NCBI GenBank assembly: GCA_038246545.1
Contig: JBBRVW010000013.1
Coordinates: forward strand, 6,183-70,182
Source: Actinomycetes bacterium
GTDB taxonomy: Bacteria; Actinomycetota; Actinomycetes; JACCUZ01
Direction: 5' to 3'
Length of the DNA: 64,000 nt
Made by a program: the position numbers and the translations under genes. Numbering within the stretch: position 1 is the stretch's first letter; the number at the start of each line of letters is the position of its first letter. Shown here in pieces: positions 33,088 through 41,613 of the stretch. The notes below the pieces were generated by a model. It had not been told where the DNA came from and searched no databases. It worked only from the letters and a program-made list of their open reading frames with translations.

Positions 33088-34052
33088 CGGTCATCGAGGC
33101 GAGCGGCCTGGGCCGCACGTACCGGACCCGACTGAGCCCGTGGCGGCGGGCGACCAAGGAGGTCGAGGCGGTCCGCGGCGTCGACTTCGCGGTCGAGCGC
33201 GGCGAGCTGTTCGGCCTGTTGGGCCCGAACGGCGCCGGCAAGACGACGACGATCAAGATGCTGATCACGCTGCTGCTGCCGACGTCGGGCACCGCGCGGG
33301 TGCTCGGGCACGACGTCGTCGAGTCGCCGCGCGAGGTGCGCCGCCGGGTCGGTTACGTCTTCGGCGGCGACCGCGGGCTCTACGAGCGGCTGTCCGGCCT
33401 GGACAACCTGCGCTACTTCGCCGAGCTGTACGGCGTCCCCGCCCGTGAGCAGAAGGCCCGGATCGCCGAGCTGCTGGAGCTGGCCGGGCTCACCGGCCGG
33501 GAGAAGGAGCGGGTCGAGGGCTACTCCCGCGGGATGCGCCAGCGGCTGCACATCGCTCGCGGCCTGCTGCACCGGCCCGAGGTGCTGTTCCTCGACGAGC
33601 CGTCGATCGGCATCGACCCGGTGGGCGCCCGCGAGCTGCGGGCGACGGTGGCCGATCTCCGAACGGCCGGCACCACGATCCTGCTCACGACCCACTACAT
33701 GTTCGAGGCCGACCAGCTGTGCGACCGGATCGCCGTGATCGCCGACGGCCGGATCGTCGCCGAGGGGACGCCCGCCGATCTCAAGGCCCGGGTGGGCGAG
33801 GGGTCGGTGGTCGAGGTCGAGCTGTTCGGGGCACCGGACGGTGTGCTCGGGCGGGCCCAGGGTCTGGCCGGTGTGCGGTCAGCGGTGCTGGAGGAGCGCG
33901 GCCAGGTCCAGGTCCTGGTGGTGCGGGCCCAACCCGGTGCCGAGGTGACCCAGCTGGTGCTCGGCTGTCTCGACGGGATCGCGCTGGGCCGGGTCGCGAC
34001 CCGCCAGCCCACCCTGGAGGACGCCTACGTCGAGCTGGTCGAGTCGGCATGA
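33084..34052 (+). CDS. ABC transporter ATP-binding protein (DrrA-like)
   Basis: Walker A (GPNGAGKTT), signature (YSRGMRQRL), Walker B (LFLDEP). Confidence 0.9.
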   Translation: MTVIEASGLGRTYRTRLSPWRRATKEVEAVRGVDFAVERGELFGLLGPNGAGKTTTIKMLITLLLPTSGTARVLGHDVVESPREVRRRVGYVFGGDRGLYERLSGLDNLRYFAELYGVPAREQKARIAELLELAGLTGREKERVEGYSRGMRQRLHIARGLLHRPEVLFLDEPSIGIDPVGARELRATVADLRTAGTTILLTTHYMFEADQLCDRIAVIADGRIVAEGTPADLKARVGEGSVVEVELFGAPDGVLGRAQGLAGVRSAVLEERGQVQVLVVRAQPGAEVTQLVLGCLDGIALGRVATRQPTLEDAYVELVESA

Positions 34053-34837
34053 TCTCCGCACCGGCGACCCACGTGCTGCGCGTGCTCGCCAAGGGATGGT
34101 TCTTCCACCTCAAGATGCTGTCCCGGTCCGCCTTCAACGGGATCCTGCAGATCCTCTGGCCGCTGTTCTTCGCCACCATCGCGTTCCTCATGTACGGCCT
34201 CGGCAGCGACGACCGCACGCTGCTCTACGCGTCGATCGGCGCCAGCGTGATGGGGGTGTGGTCGGCGGTGAGCACGTCAGGCAGCGGTGCGGTGCAGCGC
34301 GAGCGCTGGCAGGGCACCCTCGAGCTGCTGGTGGCCGCTCCGGTGCCGCTGGCAAGCGTGCTGCTGCCGATCACCACCGCCATGGCCACGGTCGGCCTCT
34401 ACGCCATGGCCGCCACCTTGGTCTGGGGGCGGCTCCTGTTCGGCATCGACGTCACCATCGAGCACCCGTGGCTGTTCGCCGTGTCGGTCCCGGTGACCGT
34501 GCTCGCGATCGGCATGCTCGGCTTCCTGCTCAGCGTCACGGTCGTCCGCTACCGGAGCGGATGGGCGCTGGGCAACGCGTTCGAGCTGCCGGTCTGGCTG
34601 GTGTCCGGGTTCCTGGTGCCGATCAGCATCCTGCCCGACTGGGTGCGCCCCATCTCCTGGCTGCTCGCCCCCACCTGGGGAGTCCGCGCGATCCGGGAGT
34701 CGGCCCTGGGCGGGCAGCCGCTGCCGGACCTGTTGCTGTGCCTGCTGCTCGGCACCACCTACCTGGCCATCGGTGTGCTCGCCGCGGGCGGCATCCTGCG
34801 GTCGGCCCGTCGCAACGCAACCCTGTCGCTGTCATGA
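34049..34837 (+). CDS. ABC-2 type transporter permease
   Basis: Six hydrophobic helices. ATGA overlap with the ATPase gene. Confidence 0.8.
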   Translation: MISAPATHVLRVLAKGWFFHLKMLSRSAFNGILQILWPLFFATIAFLMYGLGSDDRTLLYASIGASVMGVWSAVSTSGSGAVQRERWQGTLELLVAAPVPLASVLLPITTAMATVGLYAMAATLVWGRLLFGIDVTIEHPWLFAVSVPVTVLAIGMLGFLLSVTVVRYRSGWALGNAFELPVWLVSGFLVPISILPDWVRPISWLLAPTWGVRAIRESALGGQPLPDLLLCLLLGTTYLAIGVLAAGGILRSARRNATLSLS

Positions 34838-35631
34838 GCTCCGTCGTCAACGCGGCGCGGATCTTCGTCCTCGGCGGGATCATGAGCTACCGGGCGCTGT
34901 TCCACTGGCTCTCGCCGTGGATCCTGATCCCGTCGTTCCTGGTCGGACCGATCGCACAGATCCTGCTGTTCGCCTACCTCGGCCGCAACGCCGGCGTCGG
35001 GTCCGACGAGTTCTTCGTGATCGGCAACTCGCTGCAGTACGCGGCCATCCCGTGCCTGTTCGCGATGGGCAACACGATCGGCGACGAGCGGCAGGAGAAG
35101 ACCCTCGGGATCATCTTGTCGACCCCGGCACCGCGAGTGCCGCTGTTCCTCGGCCGGGCGCTGCCCGTGATCGTCAACGGCTTCCTGGTCGCCGTGTTCG
35201 CACTCGTCGTCGGCGGCGCCATCTTCTCCATCGACGTCCCGCCGTCGGCGTACCTGCCGATCGCGCTGGTCGCGCTCGTCGCGTCCTTCGCCTGCACCGG
35301 GCTCGGCCTGGTCACCGCCGCCCTCGCCCTGCGGGTCCGCGAGACGGCGGTGCTCGCCAACGTCATCTTCGGCTTCCTGCTCATCTTCTGCGGCGTCAAC
35401 ATCCCGCTGGACGCGCTGCCCGGCTGGATGTCCTCGGTCGCCCCCTGGCTGCCCCTCACCCACGGCATCGACGCCGCCAGGCAGCTGGCCGACGGGGCCA
35501 CCCTCGGCTCGGTCGGCGGGGACCTGGCGCGTGAGGCCGCGATCGGGGCGGTCTACGTCCTTGTCGGCATGGCGATGCTGTCGTACTTCGAGTGGGAGAG
35601 CCGGCGCCGGGCGACGCTCGAGGTCTTCTGA
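34834..35631 (+). CDS. ABC-2 type transporter permease (second subunit)
   Basis: Polytopic. ATGA overlap with the previous permease. Confidence 0.8.
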   Translation: MSSVVNAARIFVLGGIMSYRALFHWLSPWILIPSFLVGPIAQILLFAYLGRNAGVGSDEFFVIGNSLQYAAIPCLFAMGNTIGDERQEKTLGIILSTPAPRVPLFLGRALPVIVNGFLVAVFALVVGGAIFSIDVPPSAYLPIALVALVASFACTGLGLVTAALALRVRETAVLANVIFGFLLIFCGVNIPLDALPGWMSSVAPWLPLTHGIDAARQLADGATLGSVGGDLAREAAIGAVYVLVGMAMLSYFEWESRRRATLEVF

Positions 35632-35717
35632 CGTGACCGCGGCCCGTCCGTGAGACGCGCGCAGACGCGGGATCGCTGGTCGGGCAGGATGGCCCGGACC
35701 ACGACCTAGCACCGGAG

Positions 35718-36122
35718 GTGGCGACCGTGACGGTCCTGCTGGCCTACATCCGCACACCCGAGGGCGACGCCGCGCTCGCCGCTGCCGTCGTGGAGGCCGC
35801 CCGCCGATCGACAGGGGTCGTCCTGGTGAACGTCACCCGCCCGGCCGGCGAGGTCGACTCGCCGTTCTCCGCCGAGCAGAGCCTCGACGCGGCGGCCGCG
35901 CGCTTCACCGAGGCCGGGGTGCCGGTCGAGCTGCGCCAGCTCGCCGGCGGCACGGACACCGCGGATGCCGTGGTGGCGGTGGCCGCCGAGGTCGCGCCCG
36001 AGCTGGTGGTGATCGGCCTGCGGCGGCGAACCGCGGTCGGCAAGCTCATCGTCGGCAGCACTTCGCAGCGGATCCTGCTCGGGGTGGACTGCCCGGTCCT
36101 CGCCGTGAAGGCGCCGAGCTGA
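35718..36122 (+). CDS. Universal stress protein (UspA family)
   Basis: Usp fold motifs, C-terminal ATP-binding-like G..G.S.....LLGSV pattern (VGSTSQRILLGVDCPVLAVK). Confidence 0.7.
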   Translation: MATVTVLLAYIRTPEGDAALAAAVVEAARRSTGVVLVNVTRPAGEVDSPFSAEQSLDAAAARFTEAGVPVELRQLAGGTDTADAVVAVAAEVAPELVVIGLRRRTAVGKLIVGSTSQRILLGVDCPVLAVKAPS

Positions 36123-36136
36123 GCCGCGAGGCACTC

Positions 36137-36540
36137 GTCCGGCCGGCCGTCGACGACGACCTGCCGTAGCTTGGGGAGATCTACCACCACTTCGTGCGGC
36201 ACCCGGTCGCCAGCTTCGAGGTCGAGCCAGGAACGGTCGAGGCCCGACGGGGGTGGTTCGCCCACTACGCGACGACCGGCCCGCACAGCCTCCTGGCCGC
36301 CGAGGTCGACGGGGCGGTACTCGGTTTTGCCACGAGCAGCCGGTTCCGGGAGCTTCTCGCTCACCAATCCGCGTACGCGCACCTCGCCCCGCTCGGGGGC
36401 GGGACCAGGACCGTCTCCAGCGAGACCGAAACGCCCTTCTTCCGGGCGATGACTCGCTGCACGCGCTCGGTCTGCGTCATGCGACAGACGATAGGGGTCA
36501 AGGCTGCGGCCCGCACGACTTGTTCGGACTGCAGAACACG
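36137..36540 (+). pseudogene. Decayed phosphinothricin-acetyltransferase-family GNAT: in-frame TAG at 36167-36169, internal ~120-nt deletion with frameshift near 36353-36415
   Basis: Frame-2 reads RPAVDDDLP*LGEIYHHFVRHPVASFEVEPGTVEARRGWF...AEVDGAVLGFA (PAT N-terminus). The C-terminal PAT-like block (LLPGDDSLHALGLRHATDDRGQGCGPHDLFGLQ) continues in frame-1. The acetyl-CoA motif-A region is missing. Confidence 0.5.
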
Positions 36541-36593
36541 ACAGTCATGGCAAAGCCACATACCAGGGCGACCAGCAGCGCTATGTTGCCCGG

Positions 36594-38024
36594 ATGCTGC
36601 GCCGAGGCCACCACAAGTCGCTCACAGTCTTCGTCACGGCCGTGGGGGTGCTTGCGATCGGTCCCGCTCTACAGGCGTCCGCTAGCACCACAACCAGCAG
36701 CCGTGCAGCGGTCACGACGCTGGGCGAATGGAACGGGGTGGTCTCCTTCAGCACGCACCAGCGCGAGACCATCAGCGGCACCGAGACCAAGGCTGCCGAC
36801 ATCCGGGTCTACGCGCTGCACGGCGGGACTTCGGCGAACATGACCGGCTCGGCGCATCTGCGCTACGACTGGAGCGAAGCCACCTGCGGCGCGCAGTCGA
36901 CGTCCTGGCAGTGGAGCGTCGCCGGCGCCTCGGCCGACGCCGATGTCGAGGTCAGCAACGGCGGCGTATGGCTCTCGTTTAAGAACACCGTGGCCCACTA
37001 CACGTTCGCCGCGAGCGGCCTGGTCCCCGGCCCGCCGGGCGACGGCAACGTGCCCTGCACCGCGACACGCGTAGCGCAGGACGACGAGGACAACGGCGCC
37101 GGAACCGCCTCCGTCGGCTGGACGGCCGCCGGGCATCGCACCTATCTCCTGCGCACGTCGGGCAGCCACACGATCAAGAGCGGGGCCGCAAACCCGAACG
37201 TGTCACCCGGCAGCCTGGCGAGCTCCGGGGCTAGCACCGTCGTGACGTGGAACCTGTTGCGTACGGGGCTGGACCGTGACCACGACGGGCTCGCGGACGC
37301 CGGCGACCCCAACCCGCTGAAGGCCGACACCGACGGCGACGGCTATTCCGACGGCTTCGAGGTCGACCGCGGCACGAACCCACGCCGTGCCAGTTCTCAC
37401 CCGAGCGGCCCGATGTGGAAGGGCGCCCCCGACAACGACGGCGACGGGTGGTCCGACGCCACCGAGATCATGCACGCCACCGACCCGACGCTCGCTTCGA
37501 GCCACCCGACGACACACTCTGACACCGGGAACAGGACGCCGGGGACAACCAAGCCCGTTCGCCCGCCCAAGCCGAGCGGGCCGTGGTATTCCAGCTCGCC
37601 CGTGTCCGCCACCTGCGTGACGGCCGGGGCCCTGGACGAGAACACCGGCAGCCAGCTCGTGCAGGCGAAAGTCCGCGTGACTCTGCGCGTACGCAACTCC
37701 AGCCAGATCAGCGGGCTCGGCCGCCACTACGCCTCGCACATGCGCACCTCGGCACGGCTCGAGCTGCCGGTCGGCACCAACATGGACCGGGCCTGGGCGA
37801 CGCAGAGCTATCCCCCCGCGGGCGAGCTGTCCGAGTCGGCGTCCTACGCGAGGGAATTCACCGTCTTCACCGGGGTCATCAACCGCACGGCGACCACCGA
37901 TGGCGGCCAGCCCTACCGGCTGCACCTGAAGCTGATCTGGGACCGCAAGGTTCCCTATACCGACGTGGTTCAGGACTGGCTGATGCCGTTCAACGTAAAC
38001 TCCGGAGCATGCGCGCTGCACTGA
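36594..38024 (+). CDS. Secreted protein with thrombospondin-type-3-like calcium-binding repeats (DxDxDG)
   Basis: Signal peptide (MLRRGHHKSLTVFVTAVGVLAIGPALQASA). Three D.DGDG..D motifs (DRDHDGLADAGDPNP, DTDGDGYSDGFEVD, DNDGDGWSDATE). Local GC about 60-65% versus about 70% elsewhere. Confidence 0.6.
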   Translation: MLRRGHHKSLTVFVTAVGVLAIGPALQASASTTTSSRAAVTTLGEWNGVVSFSTHQRETISGTETKAADIRVYALHGGTSANMTGSAHLRYDWSEATCGAQSTSWQWSVAGASADADVEVSNGGVWLSFKNTVAHYTFAASGLVPGPPGDGNVPCTATRVAQDDEDNGAGTASVGWTAAGHRTYLLRTSGSHTIKSGAANPNVSPGSLASSGASTVVTWNLLRTGLDRDHDGLADAGDPNPLKADTDGDGYSDGFEVDRGTNPRRASSHPSGPMWKGAPDNDGDGWSDATEIMHATDPTLASSHPTTHSDTGNRTPGTTKPVRPPKPSGPWYSSSPVSATCVTAGALDENTGSQLVQAKVRVTLRVRNSSQISGLGRHYASHMRTSARLELPVGTNMDRAWATQSYPPAGELSESASYAREFTVFTGVINRTATTDGGQPYRLHLKLIWDRKVPYTDVVQDWLMPFNVNSGACALH

Positions 38025-38163
38025 GCTGACGGGCGAAGGCTGCGGCCCAAAGCCGGACGCCGGCTTCGGACGCTGCTACTAGCAAATCCATGAGCGGACA
38101 CAGCCTCAGTGGGGCGTGTGTGGATCCGGTTGATGTGCGACACCTCGACGCCATTTTCGGACC

Positions 38164-38916
38164 TCACCGGGCCGCTGCTGCCCGCTCCTTTCGGACCTCT
38201 CTTCGCTCGGTCCGGGCCACCGTTTTGATCAGCTGGCTGCCGGCCCAGATGTGCAGCAGCTCGCCGTTGAGGTGCACGTCGACGACGGTGCCGGCGCGGT
38301 GCTTCCCGACCGAGAGCTGCTGGTAGGTCACGCAGATGACGCCGTTGCCGCCGACTCGGCGGCTGACCCAGTCGACGCCGGTCCGGGACTGCAGGGCGCC
38401 AGCGTCCAGTAGGCGGCCCGGCAGATCACCGGTACCGGTGAACCGCTGCACCGGTGTGGCCATCCCGATGCCCTGATGCGGACGGCGCGGGTTGTAGTCA
38501 TCGACCCACCCGTCGAGATCGCGCTGCGCGCCGACCAGCGAGTCGAATGACCGGCCGGCGAGGAACTCGGCGCGCAGCATCCGATGGAACCGCTCGATCT
38601 TCCCCGTCGTCGTCGGTGAGTACGGCGCGGTCAGCCGGTGGTTGATCCCGTTCTCCCGGCAGATCCGGTCGAACAGCACCTCCCGCTCACCGGCGCCGAA
38701 TCGGCCGGTGAACACCCGCCCGTTGTCGGTGACCACCTCACCGGGCATGCCGTGCCGGCGCATCGCGTCGGCGAACGCCGCGCACACCGCCCGCGCCGTC
38801 GGCCGGCGCAGCAACATCGCGCTGACACAGAACCGGGAGTGATCATCCACCCCGGTCAGCTCCTTCCGCTCGGTGCCGTCAGAAAGGCGAACGAAGTGGC
38901 TCGCTGGGTGCGTCAC
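38164..38916 (-). mobile_element. IS481-family transposase remnant (rve integrase core only; N-terminal HTH and first catalytic Asp region absent)
   Basis: DDE/rve core motifs (LTGVDDHSRF..., TDNGRVFTG, YSPTTTGKIERFHRML, YNPRRPHQGIG) and IS481-type C-terminus. No upstream HTH in any frame, so it is 5'-truncated. Confidence 0.7.
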
Positions 38917-39171
38917 TCCAGCTGCGAGTGAGCCTGCCGGCAGCGACCGATCAGGGCAGACCTGGTCTAGGCGAACACCCGCTCTCGCCGCCCATGGAGT
39001 GATGAGCCAGCCTCCGTGCCGGCAACGCCGTGCTCTGCAGGCCCTGGAAGCGGCTCGACCAGCGGTGCAGGCCGTCCGCTGCCAGCCCGGACTCGACCGC
39101 GACCGGCTGGCGGTTCGCGAGAAGGTGCATCCGTAGGTGCGGCGACAGCACGACGTCGCCGTGACGCAGCG

Positions 39172-39579
39172 TCAGTCGGCCATCGACAGGGCGAAGGTGT
39201 TGCCCTCACTGTCCTTGAACCAGGCTGCCTTCTGCCCGTCGGGCGTGGTGATGACACCGTCGACGGTGGCCCCCAGCTCGCCGAATTCGAGGTGCTCGAA
39301 TGCCACGCCTGTGGACCGCAGAAAGGCGACGACCTCGTCGAAGTTCTCCAGACTGAATCCGGCTGCCGTTGCCCGGTTGGTCCCGGCATGCTCAGACTCA
39401 TAGACGAGGAACTCGACCCCTCCCGCTTCGTACCGGAGGTCGCCGAAGGGGCTGGTCGAGACGGGCTCGAGCCCGAGCTTCTCGGAGTATCAACGTCGAG
39501 CTCGTTCGATGTCGGATGCGGGCAGCACGGCCTGTATCGGAATGTTCGCAATCACCAGGAAGACCTCCTCGGTCGTCAC
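39172..39579 (-). pseudogene. VOC/glyoxalase-bleomycin-resistance-family gene inactivated by a single in-frame TGA (39492..39490)
   Basis: Minus-strand reading ...TTEEVFLVIANIPIQAVLPASDIERARR*YSEKLGLEPVSTSPFGDLRYEAGGVEFLVYESEHAG...GNTFALSMAD*. Upstream and downstream parts are in the same frame (39490-39172=318). The stop replaces one residue in the conserved DIERAR.FY..LGF motif. Confidence 0.55.
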
Positions 39580-39904
39580 GCTCTTGACGAAAGACTCGAC
39601 GTCCTCGCTTCCGGCGTCGCTCCCGCGTTGGCCAGCTAGACACACCTGTCGACGGCCCAGCCGCCCGCAGGCTACCGAACGAGCCGGCTGGACAGATCGG
39701 TGAAGGTCACCCCCGACCCGACGATGAGAATGGATGGGGCCGCGGGCGTTGAGCGCGTGTTCGTCGCGTCCGGGGATCTGGCGGGTCGTCGCCATGAGTT
39801 CCTGCTACCGGTGGCGGCCGGCTTTCGGACGACGCGTCGGCCCACCAGGTTCCCCAGGCGTTGACGTGGCTCGCGAGAGGCAGGCACGTCGGCCCACTGA
39901 CGGC

Positions 39905-41167
39905 TCAGCGGGGCAGGTAGGTGTCGACGAACGCGTTGCCGAAGACGTCGTCGGGGTCGAGCTCGCGGCGCAGGGTTCGGAAGTCGTCGTGGCGCGGGTA
40001 GCCGTCGGCGACCTCCCCGGGAGCGGTCGTGAACACCTTGCCCCAGTGCGGCCGCGGGTCGAACGGCGCGAGCGCGGCCTCGACGGCGGCGACCACCGGC
40101 AGCACCGCTGCGGTGTCCGGCTGCCAGGTGAAGTGCACCGCCACGCTGTCGCGGCCGTAGGCCGGGCTGAGCCAGAGGTCGTCGGCGGCGACGGTGCGCA
40201 GCTCGGACACGAGCAGCACCGGCGAGATCCGGTCGCGAAGAGCACCCACGGCGTCGAGCGCGGCGACCGCGTGGTCCCGGGGCACGAGGTACTCGGTCTG
40301 CAGCTCGGCGCCGGCGCTGGGGGTGTGGTCCAGCCGGAAGTGCGGCAGCCGCTCGTGCCACGGGCCTGGCTCACCCAGCTGCGCGGTGCAGGCAGCCGGG
40401 TCGACACCCGGCACCGGGTGCCGCGACCCGATGGCCGGGGTCCCGCCGAGCCAGTCGGCCGCAGCCGGCGGGCGGGCGTCGTCGGTTCGGCGCTTGACCC
40501 AGACCTGGCCGAGGTCGTCGGGACGCCAGGTCGTGAAGACGCTGACGCTGTCGCCGGCCGAGAAGACCTCGTCGAGGTGGCCGCGCACCGCGTCGAGCGG
40601 GACGTCGTCGACCACCCGTTGCGCCATGTCGTGGGCCGGCTCGACCGAGAGCGTGACCGCGGTCACGACGCCGAGGGAGCCGAGGCCGACGACCGCGCCG
40701 GGGAACCGCGGGTCGGACCGGTCGAGGTGCAGCAGCTCGCCGGACGCGGTGACCACGTCGAGCGCTGTGACCGCGGTGGCGAGGCAGCCCTTGCCGTCGC
40801 CGGAGCCGTGGGTGCCGGTGGCAACCGCGCCGGCGATGCAGATGTGCGGCAGCGAGCCGAGGTTGTGCAGCGCGAGCCCGGCGGCGTGCAGCCGCGGGGC
40901 CACCTCGCCGTAGCGGAGCCCGGCCGACACCGTCACGGATCGCCGGTCGCCGGCGATCTCGACCCGGGCCGGGAGGCCGGCCAGGGACACGAGGTCGCCG
41001 TCGGTGTCGGCAACCCGGCTGAACGAGTGCCCGCTGCCGAGTGCCCGGACCCGCCGGGAACCGGCGACCACCTCCTGCAGCGCCTCGACGGTCGCCGGTC
41101 GGTGCACGTGCGTCGCACCGAAGGTGACGTTGCCGGCCCAGTTGCGCAGGGCCACGTCGCCTGTCAC
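39905..41167 (-). CDS. FAD-linked oxidoreductase, D-arabinono-1,4-lactone / L-gulonolactone oxidase (ALO/GLDH) family
   Basis: GTG 41167..41165. N-terminal NWAGN motif, FAD-binding PCMH domain, C-terminal ALO signature HWGK. Confidence 0.8.
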   Translation of the reverse strand: MTGDVALRNWAGNVTFGATHVHRPATVEALQEVVAGSRRVRALGSGHSFSRVADTDGDLVSLAGLPARVEIAGDRRSVTVSAGLRYGEVAPRLHAAGLALHNLGSLPHICIAGAVATGTHGSGDGKGCLATAVTALDVVTASGELLHLDRSDPRFPGAVVGLGSLGVVTAVTLSVEPAHDMAQRVVDDVPLDAVRGHLDEVFSAGDSVSVFTTWRPDDLGQVWVKRRTDDARPPAAADWLGGTPAIGSRHPVPGVDPAACTAQLGEPGPWHERLPHFRLDHTPSAGAELQTEYLVPRDHAVAALDAVGALRDRISPVLLVSELRTVAADDLWLSPAYGRDSVAVHFTWQPDTAAVLPVVAAVEAALAPFDPRPHWGKVFTTAPGEVADGYPRHDDFRTLRRELDPDDVFGNAFVDTYLPR

Positions 41168-41613
41168 CGGTCCCACGTCCCGGTGTCGTCGAGGCGCAAC
41201 GCGATGAGCTCGGCCAGGGGCATCGACTCGCCGTCGCGACCCCCGCGGCCGACCACGAGGGGTGGGTCGCCAGGTGCGACGGTCACGCCGCGCAACCGCG
41301 CGGTGATGCTGGTGGGTGCGGTCATGACGTAGAACCGGCCCTCCTCGTCGACGGCCAGCGAGCCGTTCCGCTTGAGGTACCACCCGGTGAGACCGGTTCG
41401 GTAGAGCGCGCCGCCGTTCATGGCCCGCGCTTTCAGCGCGACCGTGGGCAGGCTGCGGGCCCGAGCGTCGCGCACGAAGCCCAGCAGCAGTGCCGCGGCC
41501 TGCTCGGTCTCGGCGGCGCGGACCCGGTCGAGCCGGGCGACCTGCTCGACGGCGGCGTCCCGGCGCCGCGCCGCCCAGTCGTCGCCCTGACCGCCGGCGT
41601 CGGGGGTGCTCAT
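41164..41613 (-). CDS. Hypothetical protein (149 aa), translationally coupled between lhr and the FAD oxidase
   Basis: ATG 41613..41611 overlaps the lhr stop (ATGA). Its stop overlaps the oxidase GTG (GTGA). No recognisable family. Confidence 0.5.
   Translation of the reverse strand: MSTPDAGGQGDDWAARRRDAAVEQVARLDRVRAAETEQAAALLLGFVRDARARSLPTVALKARAMNGGALYRTGLTGWYLKRNGSLAVDEEGRFYVMTAPTSITARLRGVTVAPGDPPLVVGRGGRDGESMPLAELIALRLDDTGTWDR

Noticed and set aside
38873-39136. 87-aa plus-strand ORF overlapping the IS481 remnant end and the VOC pseudogene 3' region
   Set aside because: No homology or features. Overlaps better-supported minus-strand elements.
39490-39795. ORF 39490..39795 (MATTRQIPGRDEHAL...) as an intact small gene
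   Set aside because: Only its last 27 residues are protein-like (VOC N-terminus). It terminates at the TGA that interrupts the VOC gene, so it is interpreted as the 5' portion of a pseudogene rather than a separate gene.
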